Shown in pieces: positions 28,908 through 37,563 of a stretch of 54,608 nt of DNA. Origin of the DNA: Acidobacteria bacterium RIFCSPLOWO2_12_FULL_54_10 (GTDB taxonomy: Bacteria; Acidobacteriota; Terriglobia; 2-12-FULL-54-10); assembly GCA_001767075.1 (NCBI GenBank), contig MEKX01000019.1, positions 3,335 through 57,942 of the forward strand. The letters are read 5' to 3'. The position numbers and the translations under genes were made by a program. Position 1 is the first letter of the stretch; each line of letters opens with the position of its first letter. A model generated the notes under the pieces. It made no database searches. It saw only the letters and a program-made list of their open reading frames with translations, and was not told the DNA's origin.

Positions 28908-29888
28908 ATGAATTTGCGAGACAAAATCCTGAATCCCGCCTGCCCGCTTGTCTTCTATGAATTGATCCCGCCTAAACTGGGAGACAGCGCGGAACTGGAG
29001 CGATTGATAGAAACTTGCCGGGCCCTTTCTGGAAAAGTGGATGCGATCAATATACCGGAAATCGTGGAAGAGACCCGCTGGGGAGCCGGCGGGAAGAAAA
29101 CGCCAGAGCGTTTGGAGCCGCGGAGATTTGGAAGCGAGATTCAATCCGCCACAGGCTTAGAAACGATCATCAACAGGATCACGGTTAGAGAATCCGAAGC
29201 ATCACAGCGCAAATGGCTGCAGGAATGTTATCAGGACTACGCAATTCGCAATCTAATTCTGGTGGGAGGGGAGTCCAGTGATATTCCCTATCCTGGTCCA
29301 AGCGTTGAGGCCATGGCGAAATGCGCGCGGGAAGAGAAACTGGATTTTCTGCTGGGCGGGATTACCATTCCAAGCCGCTCCAGAGAAGGCACGCGCATCA
29401 GGGATAAACACCAGCAAGGGGTTGCATTCTTCACGACCCAGGTGCTGCTGGATTCCAATGACATCGTCGACCTGATCCAGGATTTGAATGGAATTGACGT
29501 GCGCATCATGCTCAGCCTGGCGCCTGTCAGCAATGTGCGTGATCTTCAGTTTCTGAAACACCTGGGGGTGGACGTGCCCAATAACGTGATGTGGGCTATT
29601 GAACAAGCTGGGGGAACTGAAAAAGCGTTAGAGAAATCCATTGCACTGGCCACCGGCATTCTGACCGACGTTTTTAATAATCTGCCCGAGCACCCGCCCG
29701 CATTGGGGATCAACATCGAGCAGATCACGCGACGGAATTTCCATGCCGCTCTTCAATTGCTGGAACAGATTGCGCCATTTTACAGGAGACATGTGCAGGC
29801 GCGTTTTCCGGCAGAAGGCAGCAGATGGCAATCCGAACATCTATTCGGACCTGCAAGAAGAGATCGGTCATCGCAATCGGCAGAATAG
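28908..29888 (+). CDS. Methylenetetrahydrofolate reductase, mycobacterial (Mfr) type
   Basis: YELIPP, INIPEIVEE, ILVGG, ITIPSR..EGTRI..K, FFTTQVL and LGINIE parallel the Rv2172c/MSMEG_6596-type MTHFR (compared from memory). Confidence 0.75.
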   Translation: MNLRDKILNPACPLVFYELIPPKLGDSAELERLIETCRALSGKVDAINIPEIVEETRWGAGGKKTPERLEPRRFGSEIQSATGLETIINRITVRESEASQRKWLQECYQDYAIRNLILVGGESSDIPYPGPSVEAMAKCAREEKLDFLLGGITIPSRSREGTRIRDKHQQGVAFFTTQVLLDSNDIVDLIQDLNGIDVRIMLSLAPVSNVRDLQFLKHLGVDVPNNVMWAIEQAGGTEKALEKSIALATGILTDVFNNLPEHPPALGINIEQITRRNFHAALQLLEQIAPFYRRHVQARFPAEGSRWQSEHLFGPARRDRSSQSAE

Positions 29889-29977
29889 TGGAAAATCGTA
29901 AGGGATAAAGGAATGCCTTTGTCCGCTATCGCTGAATTAATGGAAAAGATTCAATAACGCAGTGCTGGCAGCAGAAG

Positions 29978-30124
29978 TTATTGTTTCTGTTTAGACATTT
30001 CCCGGCGGTCAATTTCACTGCGTCGGCTCTCGGAACATCGCCGATCGGTTCCAATGTATTTCCTGGAAGACCTTCGGCGGTCCGATCCTCTGCGGTCCTG
30101 CTTGGTACGGTTATCGTTGATCAT
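29978..30124 (-). CDS. Small Arg-rich protein (48 aa) with DRR repeats; candidate c-di-GMP binder
   Basis: Translated by hand (below the track cut-off): MINDNRTKQDRRGSDRRRSSRKYIGTDRRCSESRRSEIDRREMSKQKQ. AGGA lies 8 nt upstream of the ATG, and there is a promoter upstream. Confidence 0.65.
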   Translation of the reverse strand: MINDNRTKQDRRGSDRRRSSRKYIGTDRRCSESRRSEIDRREMSKQKQ

Positions 30125-30203
30125 GGCCTGTTTCCTATTCTGATATGGTATGGAACCGCCACCATAAATGAAGCTGGCAAATTCCGCATGGAATAAAACC
30201 CGG

Positions 30204-30233
30204 ATTATATACGATTACGGCAGGAAAAGTCAG
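30204..30233 (-). promoter_or_regulatory. sigma70 promoter of the small Arg-rich ORF
   Basis: CTGACT (30233-30228)-N18-TATAAT (30209-30204) on the minus strand. Confidence 0.55.
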
Positions 30234-30272
30234 GGGGGCAAATGCAGCAGGTGGTTCCGTTAGCAGACTAAA

Positions 30273-30770
30273 CTACCAAGAACTGTAGGGTTCGCCAGAC
30301 AGGCTATTCAGAGATGAGCCACTATGCACATCCACGAGGCCCGGCGATAATTGATCGGGACTCATCAGAACGGTATCTTCAAAAACAGGTTCCCATGTTG
30401 TATTGGAGCCGGTAAAAGGGTCATTCGGGAGCTGGCGAATATATCCCTCGCTAACCAAATTCTCAAGGTCCTGCGGCGCCTCTTGTTTATCGAGCGTGTA
30501 CTGATCAATCAACGAACGCATGGTGAAAAGATTATCCCTGAGAACGGCTTCTTTAGAGCTAATAATGGAATTGCGGTAGATCGGAGCGGCAATGGAAATC
30601 AGGATCAAGATGATCGATATTACAACCACCAATTCGATGAGCGTGAATCCGCGCTGAGAGCGTGATTCCTGTATAAGCTTCCGTCTGGCACGCGCAAGAA
30701 AACCACTTGGGAATAGGCGAATGCAAGACCGACAAGTCTTTTTAGCAGATGCTGTCTGAAATTTCACCAT
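30273..30770 (-). CDS. Type II secretion pseudopilin (GspG-like)
   Basis: Prepilin cleavage site QRG|FTLIELVVVI; LRDNLFTMRSLIDQY and LPNDPFT. The start overlaps the upstream stop codon. Confidence 0.88.
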   Translation of the reverse strand: MVKFQTASAKKTCRSCIRLFPSGFLARARRKLIQESRSQRGFTLIELVVVISIILILISIAAPIYRNSIISSKEAVLRDNLFTMRSLIDQYTLDKQEAPQDLENLVSEGYIRQLPNDPFTGSNTTWEPVFEDTVLMSPDQLSPGLVDVHSGSSLNSLSGEPYSSW

Positions 30771-31234
30771 TCGGAATACCTGCTGTCATCAAGCGCTTCG
30801 CCCTGACTTCTGGAATAAACATCGTATACATTCTGGCCGCCCCAGCCCGTAGAATCGGGACGATCCTGGTAAGACCTTAAACCCCATTCCGTGGAATTGG
30901 TCATGGGATCGCGGGGAATTCGGCGCAGAAACTTGAGAACCTTGCCGTCCGGTGAATTCGCCATCGGAATCCCTTCCACCAGCGCTTCAAGGTCAGGCGG
31001 GTAGCCTTCCGTCATCAACTCCACTTGAATCAAACCGCGATCAGCAGAATCTTTGTACCGGTCAATCGCTTCGCGAATCTCCCGCAGAGCATAACGAAGC
31101 TCCTTCTCGCGCTCCCGCTTGACTTGTACTCGTGCCAATGGCAACGCAGCTACGGAGAGAATAGACAAAATGGCCGCAGCAACAATCAGCTCGATGAGCG
31201 TTAATCCATTTTCTTGTGATTTCTTCCGAATCAA
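30764..31234 (-). CDS. Type II secretion pseudopilin (GspG-like)
   Basis: ENG|LTLIELIV; ELRYALREIREAIDRYK and FLRRIPRDPMT. Confidence 0.88.
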   Translation of the reverse strand: MIRKKSQENGLTLIELIVAAAILSILSVAALPLARVQVKREREKELRYALREIREAIDRYKDSADRGLIQVELMTEGYPPDLEALVEGIPMANSPDGKVLKFLRRIPRDPMTNSTEWGLRSYQDRPDSTGWGGQNVYDVYSRSQGEALDDSRYSEW

Positions 31235-31253
31235 CCGCTATGCCCTCAATGCA

Positions 31254-33509
31254 TTATTGGACAGTGACTGTTGCCTGTGTCCCAGGGACGGGAATTTTCG
31301 AACTGGATGAACTGCCAACCAACGATGAAGTGATCTGCAATGGCGAAACGCCAGACTGCGCAGCTTGGAAGATCAGGACAGCGAGCGTGCCTTGCCCGGA
31401 TACTGGTTCGCTCTTTGGCGGACGAGATAACGTTACCTGCAACTTCCCAGAATTTTCTTCTGCTCTCTCAACGATGGTTACCGGCTGGTTCCCTTGGCCA
31501 AGGAAACCGCCGCTGGATACGCGCAACAATTGTAATATCGCCGGGTCGTATTGAACTTCTAGAGAAACAGTGGAAACGTCATTCGCATTTTCGACCATCA
31601 GAGGCAACTCGACCGTCTCACCAGGCTTTGGGTTCGCGACTGGATTATTCAACAGGAGTTTCGCGCCGGGACCGGGTACTTGCGCAGGCGTATCTACCGG
31701 GGAAGCTGGTGTTTCCACCGGAACATTTTCCCCGACCGCTAGCGGAGGCTGTGTGAGCCGTAATCTTACCGACCCTTCGGTTCCGGTATCCAGCGCCATC
31801 CGGTTGAGATCGGAAATTTCCATGCGGCGGACCACATAAGGACGGAGGACGATGAGAATTTCATTTTCAGCAATCGTGTCACTCACATTGGAAAACAGAT
31901 ACCGGAGCAATGGAATAGAAGACAGTCCGGGAATGCCGCTAACGGATTCCACGGTTTGCCTCTGGAAAATTCCGCCCAGGATATTGATTTCGCCTTCTTT
32001 CAAGCGGATGTCATGTTCAATGACGCGCTGCCCGATGACCGGCTGCGTAATGCCGCCGATGTTCTTCTCATTGGTGACGGCTGAAATTTCCACTCGAACC
32101 TTCAAGGTGATTTCACGCTCGGCGTGAACCTTGGGCGTGATGTCGAGATTCACGCCGACATCGGTGTATTGAAATTGCGTTTGCACAAGCGAGCTTACGA
32201 CGGCTCCGCCGACACCGGGCTGATAACTGCCCGTAGCAATTGGGATGCGGTCGCCGATGCGCAAAGTAGCCTTTTGACCATCAGAGGCTCGAATTTCCGG
32301 TCGCTGGAGAACCTTACTGTTGGCATCGCTCATCAGAGCGTTTAGCTGAGCCCCGGGGAGGATGATGGAAAAATCCGCTGCACTGAGTGAACCCAGGCGG
32401 TTCAGAGGTAAGTTAGGGCTCGTGGTCTGACTAGTTCCGGTTCCGGTTGTGCTGCCGCGAGGCGTCGGGTTAATCGACGTTGAGATGCCTGCCCCGCCGG
32501 AAGAAGTAGGGAAGAATCCTAATCTTTGCGCTTCATCACGGCGGATTTCCATGACCGCGACATCCACAACGACCTCAGGCTTTGCCTTATCAATATCACG
32601 AATGATTTTTTCAGCCAGCGCGACTTTGTCGGGGGTATCGCGCACTAAAATAGCATTCATGGAATTGATCTGCTGAATGCGGCGGGTTTCCAGCAAAGTG
32701 CGAATCGCTGTAACCACTTCCGTCAATTCCTGGGGCGTGATGGTATTCGACAAATAAAATGTCTTCAGAACCTGCTGCTCCTGCTCACGGCGCTTGACCG
32801 CGGTGTCTGGTATGACCAGAATGGTATTGCGAGTCAGCGTCTTCCAGAATGATTTCGAAAGCAGTGAGAGCTGGTCCAGGGCCTCTTCCAAGGTCACATT
32901 TTCCAGTTCTACAGTCACCCGCTGGGCGGTAAAGTCCGGGTCAAAAAGAACATTTATGCCGGCAAGACGACCGATGGTTGTATAAACGATTTTACTGTCG
33001 TTAGTTACCCTTAAGTTAATTGGCTCCCTTGATAAAGGAATCAGCAAGGGAGGCCCCTGAGCGTCCTCAACTGAAGGCATCCCCTCATCAATTGCAGGAG
33101 GATTACTCTGCGCTTCGATCAATTCCCTGGTGCGGTCCATTTCCTGCTGAGCAGCCGGATTGGTGGTGTCGATTTTGGCGGCTGTTTCAAATTCAGCCAG
33201 AGCTTCCTGCAAGCTTCCTTGCAAGCGCAGATCAAATCCGCGCTCCATATGCAATTGCCCAGCAATAAATCGAGCGCGGCGATAAGCGATATCGAACTGC
33301 GGGTTGCTAGGGTCAACTTGAAGTGCTTTTTCATACTGGGCAAAAGCTTCATCAAAATCCTGCCTAGCCTCGGCTTCGCGCCCTCTATTGAATTCCTCAT
33401 CACCTTGTGCGGCAAAGGCCAGAGACGAGAATCCGCATGTCAGTAACAAGGCAAGACAGACTACGTTAAATATTTTGAATCTATCTCGCTGAAACCATTG
33501 CATCGGCAT
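31254..33509 (-). CDS. Secretin (GspD/PilQ family) with N-terminal TPRs and a C-terminal cohesin-like domain
   Basis: Signal peptide, TPR helices, KTFYLSN N-domain, KATLRIGDRIP..FQYTDVGVNLDITPKVH, IPGLSSIPLLRYLF, and C-terminal QYDPAIL..VSGQGTLA. The start is uncertain (33503, 33509 or 33605). Confidence 0.9.
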   Translation of the reverse strand: MPMQWFQRDRFKIFNVVCLALLLTCGFSSLAFAAQGDEEFNRGREAEARQDFDEAFAQYEKALQVDPSNPQFDIAYRRARFIAGQLHMERGFDLRLQGSLQEALAEFETAAKIDTTNPAAQQEMDRTRELIEAQSNPPAIDEGMPSVEDAQGPPLLIPLSREPINLRVTNDSKIVYTTIGRLAGINVLFDPDFTAQRVTVELENVTLEEALDQLSLLSKSFWKTLTRNTILVIPDTAVKRREQEQQVLKTFYLSNTITPQELTEVVTAIRTLLETRRIQQINSMNAILVRDTPDKVALAEKIIRDIDKAKPEVVVDVAVMEIRRDEAQRLGFFPTSSGGAGISTSINPTPRGSTTGTGTSQTTSPNLPLNRLGSLSAADFSIILPGAQLNALMSDANSKVLQRPEIRASDGQKATLRIGDRIPIATGSYQPGVGGAVVSSLVQTQFQYTDVGVNLDITPKVHAEREITLKVRVEISAVTNEKNIGGITQPVIGQRVIEHDIRLKEGEINILGGIFQRQTVESVSGIPGLSSIPLLRYLFSNVSDTIAENEILIVLRPYVVRRMEISDLNRMALDTGTEGSVRLRLTQPPLAVGENVPVETPASPVDTPAQVPGPGAKLLLNNPVANPKPGETVELPLMVENANDVSTVSLEVQYDPAILQLLRVSSGGFLGQGNQPVTIVERAEENSGKLQVTLSRPPKSEPVSGQGTLAVLIFQAAQSGVSPLQITSSLVGSSSSSKIPVPGTQATVTVQ

Positions 33510-33676
33510 ATGGCGAAACCTCGCTCTAAAGGCCCGGACAATATCTTTTCCGGCAGGGGGTGTGGACTTACCTTCTCGGAATTTTACCATAGTTATCGAG
33601 CACACCCCTTATGTATTATCGGCATAGCGAGCCTGTCAACCCGTTTCCGAGAAAAGCACATAGAAACTAAAAGATA

Positions 33677-34708
33677 TCATAGAGATGCAGTTGGGAGATG
33701 GGCAGAAGCTGGACGAGGTGATCGATTCGGCTCATCCAACAAGTGGCAGGAGACCCATCTTTCTGAGCCATAAGCTTTCAAAGCAGGATGCTCAATTCTA
33801 CATCGATCAAAAACATAGGGGCAGCGCGGGTGAAATGGACAACCTGGAGGCTTGCTCAAAGGGCTTGGCACATCGCCTCGGAGAACAATTCTAGTCTTCA
33901 AACGTTCTTTTTCCGGATCGGGAATGGGGATCGCGGAAATCAATGCTTCGGAATAAGGATGCCAAGGATTTGAAAATATTGCGGTCGCGGGACCCGTTTC
34001 GACGATTTCTCCAAGGTACATTACGGCAACACGGTGGCTGAGCAGAGAAACCAAACTCAAGTCATGTGAGATAAACAAGAAACTCAACCGGAGCGTCGCT
34101 TGCAGTTCTTTCAACAAGGTGACGATTTGCGCCTGGACAGAAACATCCAATGCGGAAGCAGGCTCATCAGCGACGACCACAGCAGGGTTTAGCGCCAAAG
34201 CGCGGGCGATGCCAATACGCTGGCGCTGCCCGCCACTGAACTCGTGTGGATATCGGTTCATGGCGGAGGCATCCAGCCCAACCGTTCCCAGCAATTCCCT
34301 CACACGGACTACTAACCCCTCCGTGCGGCCGAAGTTGCGCAGCGGTTCGGCCACGATGTCCCTGACCGTCATGCGAGGATTCAGCGAGGAATAAGGGTCT
34401 TGAAAGACCATCTGCAATTCGCTGCGAACTTGTCGCAAAGGTTCACCTTCCATAACCGCCAAATCACGACCGCGAAAAAGAATTTCCCCTGAATGCGGGC
34501 GGAAGAGGCGGACGATAGCGCGAGCCAGCGTGGATTTGCCGCAGCCGCTTTCCCCCACCAAACCTAAAGTTTCGCCTTGCTGTAGAGAGAAACTTAAGTT
34601 GTCGACAGCCCGGACCTCTCGCTGACTGCCAGCAGATTTTTTGCCATGGTAAGGGAAATAGACCCTTAGATTATTTACTTCAAGTAATGGAGAGGTTGAA
34701 TGCATCAT
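33677..34708 (-). CDS. oppF: Oligopeptide ABC transporter ATP-binding protein
   Basis: GESGCGKS, YPHEFSGGQRQR and C-terminal GCPFHPRC. Confidence 0.9.
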   Translation of the reverse strand: MMHSTSPLLEVNNLRVYFPYHGKKSAGSQREVRAVDNLSFSLQQGETLGLVGESGCGKSTLARAIVRLFRPHSGEILFRGRDLAVMEGEPLRQVRSELQMVFQDPYSSLNPRMTVRDIVAEPLRNFGRTEGLVVRVRELLGTVGLDASAMNRYPHEFSGGQRQRIGIARALALNPAVVVADEPASALDVSVQAQIVTLLKELQATLRLSFLFISHDLSLVSLLSHRVAVMYLGEIVETGPATAIFSNPWHPYSEALISAIPIPDPEKERLKTRIVLRGDVPSPLSKPPGCPFHPRCPYVFDRCRIEHPALKAYGSERWVSCHLLDEPNRSPRPASAHLPTASL

Positions 34709-34717
34709 TGATCACAA

Positions 34718-35713
34718 TTACTCGGATACTGGATTCTGTCCCTTCTCTATATCGACCCAGCAACTGGCCTGATGCCCTGGTCCGAAGGATATAAGAGGAG
34801 GAGATTCCTCAAGGCAACGATCCATGCGGAATGCACAACGATCAAAAAATGAGCAGCCACGGGGGAGACAAGTGAGATCAGGGGGCATTCCCGGAATAGG
34901 CTGAACCGATGGTTGCATATCGCCGGGCCTGGGGAGTGTTTTCAGCAACGCAAGCGTATAGGGATGACGCGGATGAGCGAACAAATCGGTTGTTTTTGCA
35001 TACTCAACGACTCGACCGGAATACATGACTGCTGCGTGATCCGCCATGCCTGCGACGATTCCCAGATTGTGTGTGATGAGCACAATCGCAGTGCTGAATT
35101 CACTTTTGATGTGCGTGAATAAATCGAGCACCTGCGCCTGGATGGTTACGTCCAGTGCGGTGGTTGGCTCGTCTGCAATCAGGAGACTAGGATTAGCGAT
35201 TAACGCAGATGCGATCATAACGCGCTGCCTCATGCCTCCGCTGAAACGATGAGGATAATCTTCCAACCGGCTGGCGGCGTCGGAAATTCCCACCTTTTCC
35301 AAAATACCGACGGCCCGATCCAAGGCTTTATTGCGGCTAATCTTTTCATGAACCAGCAACGTCTCGGCGACTTGATCGCCAATCCGCAAGAAAGGGTTTA
35401 AGGAAGTCATGGGGTCTTGAAAAACTATGCCAATGCGCTTGCCGCGGATATTGCGCAACTTTTGCAATGGCATCTGCAACAAATCCTGGCCTTCGAATAT
35501 AATTTCGCCAGAAACGGTTTTGCCAGGAGGCGGAACCAAGCGCAGCACCGAGAGGAAAGTGACACTCTTGCCGCTGCCGCTTTCGCCGACGATGCCCAGG
35601 GTCTCTCCGGGGCGGACTTCCAGGCTAACATCGTCTACGGCGCGGGCAATTCCCGAACGCGTAAAGAAATATGTTTTCAGACCCTGAATGGAGAGCACTG
35701 CATCGACTGACAA
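34718..35713 (-). CDS. oppD: Oligopeptide ABC transporter ATP-binding protein
   Basis: [26 protein letters not shown] and [14 protein letters not shown]. Confidence 0.9.
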   Translation of the reverse strand: MSVDAVLSIQGLKTYFFTRSGIARAVDDVSLEVRPGETLGIVGESGSGKSVTFLSVLRLVPPPGKTVSGEIIFEGQDLLQMPLQKLRNIRGKRIGIVFQDPMTSLNPFLRIGDQVAETLLVHEKISRNKALDRAVGILEKVGISDAASRLEDYPHRFSGGMRQRVMIASALIANPSLLIADEPTTALDVTIQAQVLDLFTHIKSEFSTAIVLITHNLGIVAGMADHAAVMYSGRVVEYAKTTDLFAHPRHPYTLALLKTLPRPGDMQPSVQPIPGMPPDLTCLPRGCSFFDRCAFRMDRCLEESPPLISFGPGHQASCWVDIEKGQNPVSE

Positions 35714-35722
35714 AACAACTCC

Positions 35723-36649
35723 TTAGTCATGGCGTTGGCGCGGGTCCAAGGCGTCACGCAAACCATCGCCCAAAAAATTGAGCGCGAATAAAACAACTGC
35801 CAAAGCTATCGCAGGGAAGAACACCAGCCAGGGAAATAATCCCATCACGCCTGCGCCGTCGCTGATGAGCGTACCCCAGCTTGAGCGAGGCGGCTGCACA
35901 CCCAATCCGAGGAAACTCAGGAATGCTTCTTGTAGAATCACCGACGGAACCGTCAATGTGGCATAAACCACAATCGGACCCGCCATGTTGGGCAGCAAAT
36001 GCCGGAAGAGAATGCCGATATCGTTTGTTCCAGAGACCCGCGCAGCTTGGATGAATTCAGCGTTTTTGAGAGAAAGAACTTGTCCGCGCACGATGCGAGC
36101 CATGGTCAGCCATTGCACCAAACCCAGGGCGACAAATAGCATCAATATGCTGCTCGAGAAAAACACGAGCAAAATAATTACCAGGAACAGGTAAGGCAGC
36201 GAGTAAAGAAGGTCCACAAAGCGCATCATTAACTCGTCAGTCCGACCGCCACGGTAACCTGAAATCGAGCCGTACAAAACACCGATTACAAGGCTGACCA
36301 ATGTGCCGACCACACCAACGGCGATGGAAATTTGCCCGCCATAAAAACAACGGCTTAGCAAATCCCGGCCCAATGTATCGGTGCCCATCCAGTGATTCCA
36401 GCTTGGCGCGGAAGCGCCCAGGCGCAGTTCGATTTGATCGTATGGGTAAGGGGCAATCCACGGCGCAAGAATCGTTGATAAAAGAACGGCTCCCAAAGCA
36501 ATCGCGCATGTCATCATCCACGGATCGCGGCTCAGGCGTGACCAGACCACGGCGCGGGGGCTGAGGCTAGAGATGACAGGGTCCGGCGCTAGTTGTGGAA
36601 TCGAGGCCACTCTGATTTTCATCCTCCGCAAGAAATCCGACTTGCTCAA
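35723..36649 (-). CDS. oppC: Oligopeptide ABC transporter permease
   Basis: HWMGTDTLGRD, ARIVRGQVLS and NFLGDGLRDALDPR. The likely start is TTG 36649, overlapping the oppB stop. Confidence 0.9.
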   Translation of the reverse strand: MSKSDFLRRMKIRVASIPQLAPDPVISSLSPRAVVWSRLSRDPWMMTCAIALGAVLLSTILAPWIAPYPYDQIELRLGASAPSWNHWMGTDTLGRDLLSRCFYGGQISIAVGVVGTLVSLVIGVLYGSISGYRGGRTDELMMRFVDLLYSLPYLFLVIILLVFFSSSILMLFVALGLVQWLTMARIVRGQVLSLKNAEFIQAARVSGTNDIGILFRHLLPNMAGPIVVYATLTVPSVILQEAFLSFLGLGVQPPRSSWGTLISDGAGVMGLFPWLVFFPAIALAVVLFALNFLGDGLRDALDPRQRHD

Positions 36650-37563
36650 CGATATTCGATGCGCGGGTCCAACACGCGGTAAAGAATGTCCACGACCAAG
36701 TTCGCGCCGATCAGCAAAACGGAATAGAAGAGCACCGTGCCCATCACGGTTGTGTAATCCCTGCTGAAAGCGCTCTCGACAAAAAACCGGCCAAGGCCGG
36801 GAATGGCGAATATCTTCTCGATGACAATCGAGCCAGTAGTCAGGTCGGCGACGGCAGGCCCTAAAAAAGAAACAACCGGCAGCAGACCGCCATTCAAGGC
36901 GTGCCTCCACAAAACGCGGAACTCTCCCGCGCCTTTTGCTCGCGCCGTGCGAATGTAATCCTGATCAAGAATCTCCAGCATTTCCGTTCGGGTCAGGCGC
37001 GCGATGTATACGGAATATGGCAATGCCAAAGTGATCGCCGGCAGCACAAGCTGAGAAGGCTCCCCCCACAGGGCAGGCGGGAACCAATAAAGCGTCAGCG
37101 AAAAAACGAAGATGAGCATAGGTCCGACGACGAAAGTTGGCAGAGAAATGCCTAACATAACGACAGACATCGTCAAGCGGTCAAGAACTGCCCTGTGCTT
37201 AACGGCTGCGAAGACCCCGGCCGGAATGCCCAGCAGCAAAGCAATGACCAGTGCTGCCAGACCTAACTGGAGACTCACCGGGAAGCCCTCGCGGATGATG
37301 TCATTTACGGTTCGTTCGGGATACTTGTAGGAAGGCCCTAAATCCAGTCGAAGCAGGCTACTCAGGTATCGGCCATATTGAACCAATAGTGGCTGGTCGA
37401 GGCCATATTTGGCTTGAAGGTTTGCTTGAATCTCCGGAGGTATAGCTCGTTCTGAAAGGAACGGGCCTCCAGGGGCGAGGCGGAGAATGAAAAAAGTGGT
37501 GGTGGCAACAAGAAAAATCACCGGAATAGAGATAACGATTCGCCGCAAAATAAACTTCGTCAA
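36646..37563 (-). CDS. oppB: Oligopeptide ABC transporter permease
   Basis: LAPGGPF, DYIRTARAKG and VDILYRVLDPRI. TTG 37563 has a GGAGGAG RBS and overlaps the oppA stop. Confidence 0.92.
   Translation of the reverse strand: MTKFILRRIVISIPVIFLVATTTFFILRLAPGGPFLSERAIPPEIQANLQAKYGLDQPLLVQYGRYLSSLLRLDLGPSYKYPERTVNDIIREGFPVSLQLGLAALVIALLLGIPAGVFAAVKHRAVLDRLTMSVVMLGISLPTFVVGPMLIFVFSLTLYWFPPALWGEPSQLVLPAITLALPYSVYIARLTRTEMLEILDQDYIRTARAKGAGEFRVLWRHALNGGLLPVVSFLGPAVADLTTGSIVIEKIFAIPGLGRFFVESAFSRDYTTVMGTVLFYSVLLIGANLVVDILYRVLDPRIEYR

Noticed and set aside
29981-30196. 71-aa plus-strand ORF in the track
   Set aside because: It has a TTG start with no clear RBS. The antisense 48-aa ORF has an ATG, RBS, promoter and repeated motif, so it is the better call.
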